Below, one piece after another: positions 13,326-20,519 of a DNA stretch of 64,000 nt. The position numbers were made by a program, and so were the translations under genes. The notes under the pieces are model-generated. The model searched no databases and had not been told where the DNA came from. It worked only from the letters and a program-made list of their open reading frames with translations. The stretch is from Chthoniobacterales bacterium. Lineage in GTDB: Bacteria > Verrucomicrobiota > Verrucomicrobiia > Chthoniobacterales > Chthoniobacteraceae. Where the stretch lies: positions 64,001-128,000 of the forward strand of contig JBBQZX010000004.1 in NCBI GenBank assembly GCA_038207335.1. The letters are read 5' to 3'. Position 1 is the first letter of the stretch; each line of letters begins with the position of its first letter.

Positions 13326-14315
13326 TTACGGCTGCGGGAGGATGACGAGGTATCGGACAGCCACCCAAGCGTGCCATGCGGTGAAGATCAGTAGTGCGAA
13401 TGACGTGGGCACATGGACGATGAGCCACCCGTGAAGCCAGTGGTGAAACTTCAGCTGCAAGTCGAGAAGACGCCGGTCATCGCACCATTTTTGCATCTCG
13501 GAAATCTTCGGCTCCCATTCGTCCGCAATGTTCAGTTTGAGCAGGCGAAACATGTCGCCAGCTGTCCGCGCATCGCCGAGACGATGCCGGTCGCCGCGCT
13601 TCGCGTAGAGATACGGGAGGCATTCGTCGTCGAGAAATTCGCCGAAGATTTGCAACGAGGGATCTTCGACCGCCACCGCAGGAATGGCTTCGGTGCTTGA
13701 TCCCGGGACGGTTTTTTCCGCCGCGACCGCGGCTGGCTCGGGCTTTTCTCTCGCCGCCTTTTCGAGGTCGGTGATTTCTTTCCTCAGCTTCAGTGAAGCC
13801 TCGAAGAGAAGCCCACGGATGTGCGGCACCTGCTCAAAAACGACCTCACGCGGGAGCCGTTCTTTCATCAGCCGCGGCATGAACTGCTGCAGCGCGAGGC
13901 CAAAAAAACCGCTAACCATGACGATGCCGTAGAGCACGAGCAGCCATGAAGTGTGTGGCCCGCCGGTGCGGAAGCCACAGTGAAACAGCACGAGAGGCAC
14001 CGTAAAAAGCGTGAGCCAGATGTGCGCTCTGAGCCAAAACTGCACGCTTCCGATGCGCCAGAGCCGCTTCTTTTTCCGAATGCCGAGTGCTGAGGCGAAG
14101 AGAAAAATCAGAAACGCGATGCTGCCAAAAACGAGGCCGAGCGGCGTGCCGCCGAATGTATTTCGAAGTGGTGGGACCTCACCGAAAAATGCGGGAAGCG
14201 TGAGGTCGAACGGTAGGCGCTGCGGGAAGAAATTCGCGATGTAAAGCACCGCCGAGCCAATCGTGGCCAGAACGACAAAGATGAGCCAGGGGGTATGGGA
14301 GCGGTCGATTCTCAT
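13326..14315 (-). CDS. Polytopic membrane protein, putative di-heme b (ferric-reductase-like) subunit
   Basis: About 5 TM helices; two helices each carry H-x13-H (WLRAHIWLTLFTVPLVLFH; WLIVHVPTSFALLIFTAWH). Start at ATG 14315. Confidence 0.7.
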   Translation of the reverse strand: MRIDRSHTPWLIFVVLATIGSAVLYIANFFPQRLPFDLTLPAFFGEVPPLRNTFGGTPLGLVFGSIAFLIFLFASALGIRKKKRLWRIGSVQFWLRAHIWLTLFTVPLVLFHCGFRTGGPHTSWLLVLYGIVMVSGFFGLALQQFMPRLMKERLPREVVFEQVPHIRGLLFEASLKLRKEITDLEKAAREKPEPAAVAAEKTVPGSSTEAIPAVAVEDPSLQIFGEFLDDECLPYLYAKRGDRHRLGDARTAGDMFRLLKLNIADEWEPKISEMQKWCDDRRLLDLQLKFHHWLHGWLIVHVPTSFALLIFTAWHAWVAVRYLVILPQP

Positions 14316-14328
14316 GCGGCAAAAATAC

Positions 14329-16368
14329 TCAGTGGGTCGTGCGATCCACCGGTTTGTCCAGCCAGCGCACGCGGCGTTTTCCGAGCGCGGCACGTCCGAT
14401 TTGGCGCGCGAGAAATTCGGTGGGATCGACGCGCTTCGCCGCGTCGTGCGGGCACGCATACACGCAACTCGGCACGCTCAATTCCGTGCACAGATCGCAG
14501 GTCGTGGCTTTCTGCACCGACACGAGTTTGCGCTCCATTTTCTTCGGCGCAGCAGGCGCGGCGGGCGGCTTGGCAGCAGCGGGCGCAGCGGGTTTAGCGG
14601 CTGGTGGCTTGGCTTCGGCAACTGCGGTGGCGGGCGCGGCTTTCGGGTCGCCGACAGAAACGGCAGGCTCAGCCGCAACCGGGGCCGCAGGCACCGCAGT
14701 CTCGGATTTTTTCTCTGGCTCCACGACAGCGGCAGGTGCGGGCGATGGAACGGGCGCGCTCTTTTCCACTGGAGCCGAAGCCGCGGGAATTGGCTTGTCT
14801 GCTGGCTTCGCGGTCGGTTTCGCAGCTGCGGGCTTTGCGGCCGCTGCGGGCTTTTTCTCGACCACAGGCACATCCTTCATCATCTCGAAAGCGTGCATGT
14901 TGATGTTCCCGTACGGACACAACTCCGCGCATTTGCTGCAGCCGATGCACCAGTCTTCAATGATGATTTCGAGGCTCTCCTTTCGCCGGATCGAGCCGAC
15001 AGGGCATTGCGTCATGCAGAGCGGGTCGCGGCACGAGCGGCACGCAGTCGCGACGAGGAAGCGGTCGTAGCGCAGCCCGTCGCGCAGGAGGCGCGTGACG
15101 CCATCGTGCGCGTCGGCGCAGGCGTTCACGCACGCGTCGCAGCGGGTGCAGTTATCGAGGTCGATGAGCAGGAGATTTTGCGCCTCGAAAAGCCCCTGGT
15201 CGATGAACTCGTCGAGTTGCAAAGCCATCGGCATTTTTCCCGCCTGGTCCGCCTTGACGCGCGCCGATGCAATCTGCTCCAGCGTCGCACGCACGATCGG
15301 AAATTTGTCGAGCATGGTCTGGAAATCATCGCGCCCGATTTTCACGAGATCGACGACGTCGAGCGCCGAGCAGGTCGCGTTTCGCGGGCTGTCATTCAGC
15401 AGCCCGATTTCGCCGAAAAATTCGCCACGTTTGAGATAGGTGCGGACGAGTTCGTCCTCGACGGCATTGCCATCGGGCGTGAGCCAGAACTCTTTTCCGT
15501 TCGCCTTGTCTGTGAGGTAGGTGCGCTGCACGCCCGGAACGAGTGGCATTTTCTGCGAGACGCGCACGAGACCGGTGCGGATGAGATAAAACGCATCGGC
15601 GGGCGCGCCCTGTCGGCAGATGACCTGCCCTTTTCCAAATGAAACGAGTTCCGCCTTGTCCTTGATGTAATTGAAAAACTGCAAGTCGAGCGTTGCGAAA
15701 ATCGGGACGCTCCGAAGATGGCTCACGAGCGAACGCTCGCGATAAGTGTCGTCGATCTGCTTTTTGAACGAGGTGCCTTTGAAAGTCGGCGCCTTCACTT
15801 TCGTCGTCGCCTTCGTCTTCGGATCCACGTCCCGCGTGCCGATCAGCATGTCGAGGATCACGCGCAGCATCTCGACGATCACGCAGTCCTCGGTGGCGCG
15901 CACCGTGGCGGAGCGCGGCTGGAAAGTGCGGCACGTCATTTCACCCAAAAGCTCGCCCGGCCCGAGCAAAGCGATGGGCGTAGTGCGCGGCAGGTCGATC
16001 GACGCATCGATCGGGATGAAACCACGCGCCGCGACATCCGCAGCTTCCAACTGCGTCGTGACGAGTGAACTCGTCATGCGACTCATGAAGGAAAAAAGCC
16101 CCCCAAGTTTCGGCTTAGTCGAGAGATGAGCGAGCGGGTTGTTGATGTAAATTTCGACCTGTCCCTCGACCAAATAAAACGCGGTCGATCCGAAATCACC
16201 CTCTTCGCAGATGATGTCGCCGTATTTGAAAGTGCGTTTCACGGCAGCTCCGAGCGCATACTGTTTGAGGAGTGTCGCAGGCACCTCCTTCAGCGCCGGG
16301 AGCAGCTTTAGCATCTCCTCCACGCTCAGTGGCTCGCCGGTCGTGAGCTTTTCGGGAATTTCGTCCAT
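14329..16368 (-). CDS. Tandem cyclic-nucleotide-binding domains + DmsB/NrfC-type 4x[4Fe-4S] ferredoxin
   Basis: cNMP cassettes LLGEMTCRTFQPRSATV and FFGEIGLLNDSPRNATC; Cys groups CTRCDACVNAC, CRSCRDPLCMTQCP, CIGCSKCAELCP, CDLCTELSVPSCVYACP. Confidence 0.9.
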   Translation of the reverse strand: MDEIPEKLTTGEPLSVEEMLKLLPALKEVPATLLKQYALGAAVKRTFKYGDIICEEGDFGSTAFYLVEGQVEIYINNPLAHLSTKPKLGGLFSFMSRMTSSLVTTQLEAADVAARGFIPIDASIDLPRTTPIALLGPGELLGEMTCRTFQPRSATVRATEDCVIVEMLRVILDMLIGTRDVDPKTKATTKVKAPTFKGTSFKKQIDDTYRERSLVSHLRSVPIFATLDLQFFNYIKDKAELVSFGKGQVICRQGAPADAFYLIRTGLVRVSQKMPLVPGVQRTYLTDKANGKEFWLTPDGNAVEDELVRTYLKRGEFFGEIGLLNDSPRNATCSALDVVDLVKIGRDDFQTMLDKFPIVRATLEQIASARVKADQAGKMPMALQLDEFIDQGLFEAQNLLLIDLDNCTRCDACVNACADAHDGVTRLLRDGLRYDRFLVATACRSCRDPLCMTQCPVGSIRRKESLEIIIEDWCIGCSKCAELCPYGNINMHAFEMMKDVPVVEKKPAAAAKPAAAKPTAKPADKPIPAASAPVEKSAPVPSPAPAAVVEPEKKSETAVPAAPVAAEPAVSVGDPKAAPATAVAEAKPPAAKPAAPAAAKPPAAPAAPKKMERKLVSVQKATTCDLCTELSVPSCVYACPHDAAKRVDPTEFLARQIGRAALGKRRVRWLDKPVDRTTH

Positions 16369-16512
16369 GAGCTTTTTCGGAGCGAAAGCATTAGCTGCTC
16401 AGCGGCCCGCACGCCAAGAGCGAAAGCACCCCGGATTGCATCTTGCCCATTTTCTTAAAGGGCCTGTTTTCCGCAATCGACTTTTGTCCCGGCATTCGCT
16501 ACATCGCGCTCT

Positions 16513-17643
16513 GTGGCACACCCGAAATACTCTTGGATACTCATCGCAGCCTCGGCAGTCGGAACGCTGCTCACCACCACGCGCGCGGCGGACGACGCAA
16601 AAATCGCCAATCTTAAATTCGTCGGCGCGCAATCGTGCGCCTCCACGAGTTGCCACGGCGGTGGCATCGGAAAAGATCAGGCTGTCATTTATTATAAGAA
16701 GGATCAGCACGCACTCGCTTACGGGCTCGTCGCGAAAGGCACATCGATGCGCATGGCGGAGTCGCTCGGCATCACCGATCCAGTCAAAAGCGCACGCTGC
16801 AACGTCTGTCACTCGCCAATGCAGGGCGTACCGGAAAATCGTTTGGTAAAAGATTTGCACGCAGACAAAGGCGTGAGCTGCGAAGCGTGCCACGGCGCGG
16901 CGGATCTCTGGCTCCGTTTCCACACGCGACCCGACGTGACCTACCAGCAGACGGTCGCCGCCGGAATGCGCGACCTGAACGACCTCACCGTCCGCGCAAG
17001 CACCTGCGTCGCGTGCCACCTCAATATCGACGAAGACATCCGCAAATCCGGACATCCCGAACTTCATTTCGAACTCGACGGACAGACCATCGCCCAGCCG
17101 CCCCACTACCGTGACGAGCGGCCGTCGATTGGCCTTCGCTCATGGCTCACAGGCCAGGCGACCGCTCTCCGCGAGATCAGTTGGAAGCTCGCAAGCAAAC
17201 CCGAACCCGAACTTGAAGCACGCTGGAAAGGGCTCGTCTGGCTGCTGGAAAAAACCGCCGCAGGAAAGAACGCACTGCCTGAGAGCGGTGGATTCGCCGC
17301 GATGCAATCCGCCGCCGACCAGCTCGCCCATACTGCCGCGAAAGCCTTGTGGACGAAGGAATCCACGACCAAGCAACTCCGTGACTACATCTCTTCCAGT
17401 CCTGAGTTTACCGACGCGAAGGCGGATAAAATCGAGATGAGGCGCCGGGCTGAAGTGCTAATCCCATCGATCGAGCGGCTCTGGATCGCGCTGAAGAAGG
17501 AAGGTGGCGTGGACCCGGTCACATTCGAGCCCGCTCTCACCGTCGCCAGCGATCTTGCGCGCGAGCAGGCGGACTTTGATCCGGTGAAATTTGGCCGCGC
17601 GCTCGAACAGATCGAGGTGGCATTCGAGCGGATGCAGAAGTAA
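16513..17643 (+). CDS. Exported tetraheme c-type cytochrome (cytochrome c554-like) with helical C-terminal domain
   Basis: Signal peptide; CASTSCH (Cx4CH), CNVCH, CEACH, CVACH. Confidence 0.85.
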   Translation: MAHPKYSWILIAASAVGTLLTTTRAADDAKIANLKFVGAQSCASTSCHGGGIGKDQAVIYYKKDQHALAYGLVAKGTSMRMAESLGITDPVKSARCNVCHSPMQGVPENRLVKDLHADKGVSCEACHGAADLWLRFHTRPDVTYQQTVAAGMRDLNDLTVRASTCVACHLNIDEDIRKSGHPELHFELDGQTIAQPPHYRDERPSIGLRSWLTGQATALREISWKLASKPEPELEARWKGLVWLLEKTAAGKNALPESGGFAAMQSAADQLAHTAAKALWTKESTTKQLRDYISSSPEFTDAKADKIEMRRRAEVLIPSIERLWIALKKEGGVDPVTFEPALTVASDLAREQADFDPVKFGRALEQIEVAFERMQK

Positions 17644-17655
17644 AGCGGCGCGGCG

Positions 17656-18606
17656 TTGCGTCTCGCCTCGAACGCGGGCAACTTTCGCCCCGTTTTGCAA
17701 ACCGAGCCCGCGCCCCAGCTCTTCGATTCAGCGTTTCTCGCGAAGCTCGAGCAGCTCTACCTCGTCTCGAAAAAGCTCTTTCGCGGCGACCATCGCGCGG
17801 AGCGAAAATCGCGGCAACTCGGCTCCAGCCTCGAATTCGCCGACTACCGAAACTACACCGCCGGCGACGACCTCCGCAGCATCGACTGGAATATCTACGG
17901 CCGCCTCGACCGTCTGTTCATCAAGCTCTTCGAGCAGGAGCAGGACCTCCACATTTACTTCCTCATCGACGCCTCCGCCTCGATGCGCTGGGCCTCCCCC
18001 GACCCCCGGCTATCGACCAAACTCGACGCCGCGCTCCGCATCTGCGCTTCGCTCGCCTACATCGGCCTCGCGAATCTCGACCGCGTGAACATCCACTGGT
18101 TCGCCTCAGCACTGCACGGTGACCTCGGCCTCTCGCGTGGAAAATCGCAGTTTCACAAAGTTCTCGAATTCCTCCGGCGCGCGCCCGAGCTGCCCGGCGA
18201 AACCAGCCTCCTCGCGAGCATCCGCGGCTTCGTGCATCGCACAAAACGTCGTGGCCTCGTCTTCCTCCTGAGCGATCTTTTCGACCCGGCCGGCCACGAG
18301 GAAGCACTCGCGTTCCTGCGCCACAGCCAGTTTGAAGTCCACGTCATCCAAATCCTCGACCCCGCGGAAATTCGCCCGACCGCCAGCGGCGACCTGCGCC
18401 TCATCGAAAGTGAAACCGGCGCGGCATTCGAAGTCACCGCGACCGACGCGCTCCTGCGCCGATATCACGCGGAAATCGACGCTTTCCTCGACGGCATCGC
18501 CGCCTTTTGCCTCCGCCGCGGCATCAATTACGCCCGCGCCTCCAGCGCCGTGAATTTCGAGGAACTCGTGCTGCGCGTGCTGCGAGACGGGAGGCTTGTG
18601 GGATGA
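17656..18606 (+). CDS. DUF58 / VWA protein (MoxR-operon associated)
   Basis: GSSLEFADYRNYTAGDDLRSIDWN signature; MIDAS-like DASAS; alternative TTG start at 17695. Confidence 0.9.
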   Translation: MRLASNAGNFRPVLQTEPAPQLFDSAFLAKLEQLYLVSKKLFRGDHRAERKSRQLGSSLEFADYRNYTAGDDLRSIDWNIYGRLDRLFIKLFEQEQDLHIYFLIDASASMRWASPDPRLSTKLDAALRICASLAYIGLANLDRVNIHWFASALHGDLGLSRGKSQFHKVLEFLRRAPELPGETSLLASIRGFVHRTKRRGLVFLLSDLFDPAGHEEALAFLRHSQFEVHVIQILDPAEIRPTASGDLRLIESETGAAFEVTATDALLRRYHAEIDAFLDGIAAFCLRRGINYARASSAVNFEELVLRVLRDGRLVG

Positions 18607-18613
18607 AACGAAG

Positions 18614-20482
18614 ATGACATTTCTTGCTCCTTGGGCCGCATGGTTCGCCGCCGGCCTGCCCGTCATCGTCCTGCTCTATTTGCTGAAGCTAAAGCGGCGT
18701 CCGCTCACCGTTTCCACGCTCGTGTTCTGGCAGCGCGTGTTGCAGGAAAGTCGCCGCCGCGCGCTTTTCCAGCGGCTCCGAAATCTTCTGTCGCTGCTCC
18801 TGCATCTGCTCATTTTCCTGCTCATCCTCTGCGCTCTCGCCAAGCCGACATTCGACCATTTCGTGGCGACCGGTTCGAGCACCGTGATCGTCCTCGACAC
18901 CCGCGCGCGGATGCAGGCGCTCGACCCGGACGGCGTCTCTCGTTTCGAAAAAGCGCGCCTGCTTGCCGCGCGATATTTGCGCGATGCCAGCACCAGCCAC
19001 CAGCTCGCGATCCTGACTACTGGCTCATCTCCAGCCGTCTCCTCCCCTTTCACCGGCGACGAAAAAGCGCTACGTGAATCGCTCACCCGGGTTTCTGTCA
19101 GCGACCTTGCCGGAGAAATCGAACCCGCGATCCACCTCGCCGAGCAGCTCCTCGCATCGCGAAATGGCGAAGCCCAAATCGTCGTCATCAGCCCCTCGGG
19201 ATGCAAAATTCAAAATTCAAAATTCAAAATTCTCCCCGTCTCCGTGGGCTCTCCGCGCGACAACGTCGCGATCACGCGCTTCGCCACTCGACCGCTGCTG
19301 AGCGACCCGGAGACTAGCGAGGTACTGCTTGAAATTCGCAACTTCGGCACGAGCGCGTCGCGCGGAAATGTCGAACTCGCGCTCGACGGAAAACTGCTCG
19401 ACGTGAAGCCCTTCGACCTCGAGCCCGGCGGGCGCAGCTTCGAGACATTTTCCGCACTTCCCCGCTCCGCTCGCAACGCCCGCGGCTGGCTCACCGCGCG
19501 CCTTCCGACTCCCGACGCGCTCGCGCTCGACAACGTCGCATACGCCGTCCTGTCAGCACCGCAGCAGCATCGCGTGCTGCTAGTCACGCGCGGAAATTTC
19601 TTCCTTGAGAAGCTCCTCGCCGCCGACCGCCAAATCTCGTTCGAGTTGCTCGAGCCCGACGCATTTCAGCTCCCGATGGCGGCGAAATTCGACGCCGTGA
19701 TCCTCGATGACGCGCTCCCCCCGGGCTTTGACCTCGCGCAGACCGAGGGCAATTTTCTGTTCCTAAAAACGTCGCCTTTCACCACGCCCGGAGAGCCAAT
19801 CCAGCAGCCGCTCGTGAGCGACATCGACGCCGCAAATCCGGTGCTGCGCCTCGTGACGCTGCAAAACGTCACGATCGTCCGAGCCGCGCCCATGCAGCTT
19901 CCCGGCGCGATGCCCGGGTGGAAATTCAGCGCGCCGCTACGGTCATTCGAGCATCCACTGATGGCCACCGGCAGCGAACTCACTGGCTCTCATCGCACCG
20001 CCGCGCTCGCATTCGACCTCGCCGATTCCGACCTCCCGCTGCGCATCGCGTTCCCGCTGCTGATTACGAATACCGTGCATTGGCTCGCGGGAGCGGAAAG
20101 GGCCACGCCAATTAGTTTGCAGACGGGCGACGTGGTGCCGCTGGCACAGAATCAGACGGTCTGGATAGAGCCACAAACCGAGCCCACCGCGCCCGCAAAA
20201 CCAGACGCAAAGCAACTCGCACGGCAATTCTTCGAACCAACGCGCGATGGCTTCTATCGGCTAGACCAACCCGGCGGCTCAAGCTGGATCGCGGTCAACA
20301 CCTTCAGCGAAGGAGAGTCCGACCTGAGCGCCGCGTCGCCCGCATCGCTTAACGCCGCACCCGTTTCCCGCCAGTCGCTCGCGAATCTCGCCACGCGTCC
20401 GCTCTGGCAATACCTCGCCCTCGCCGCCCTCGCGCTGACGACGCTGGAGTGGTGGCTCTTCCACCGGAGGCGCACGGAATGA
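18614..20482 (+). CDS. BatA-domain / VWA membrane protein
   Basis: N-terminal MTFLAPW...PVIVLLYLLKLKRR...STL BatA motif; degenerate VWA (DTRARM); C-terminal TM ending LEWWLFHRR. Confidence 0.85.
   Translation: MTFLAPWAAWFAAGLPVIVLLYLLKLKRRPLTVSTLVFWQRVLQESRRRALFQRLRNLLSLLLHLLIFLLILCALAKPTFDHFVATGSSTVIVLDTRARMQALDPDGVSRFEKARLLAARYLRDASTSHQLAILTTGSSPAVSSPFTGDEKALRESLTRVSVSDLAGEIEPAIHLAEQLLASRNGEAQIVVISPSGCKIQNSKFKILPVSVGSPRDNVAITRFATRPLLSDPETSEVLLEIRNFGTSASRGNVELALDGKLLDVKPFDLEPGGRSFETFSALPRSARNARGWLTARLPTPDALALDNVAYAVLSAPQQHRVLLVTRGNFFLEKLLAADRQISFELLEPDAFQLPMAAKFDAVILDDALPPGFDLAQTEGNFLFLKTSPFTTPGEPIQQPLVSDIDAANPVLRLVTLQNVTIVRAAPMQLPGAMPGWKFSAPLRSFEHPLMATGSELTGSHRTAALAFDLADSDLPLRIAFPLLITNTVHWLAGAERATPISLQTGDVVPLAQNQTVWIEPQTEPTAPAKPDAKQLARQFFEPTRDGFYRLDQPGGSSWIAVNTFSEGESDLSAASPASLNAAPVSRQSLANLATRPLWQYLALAALALTTLEWWLFHRRRTE
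19204..19231 (+). repeat. Heptanucleotide tandem repeat (CAAAATT)x4 inside the BatA CDS
   Basis: Read directly from the sequence; encodes CKIQNSKFKIL. Confidence 0.95.
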
Positions 20483-20519
20483 ACGCGCTCCACTTAATAA
20501 ACAGACTCGTGCGCCTCCC

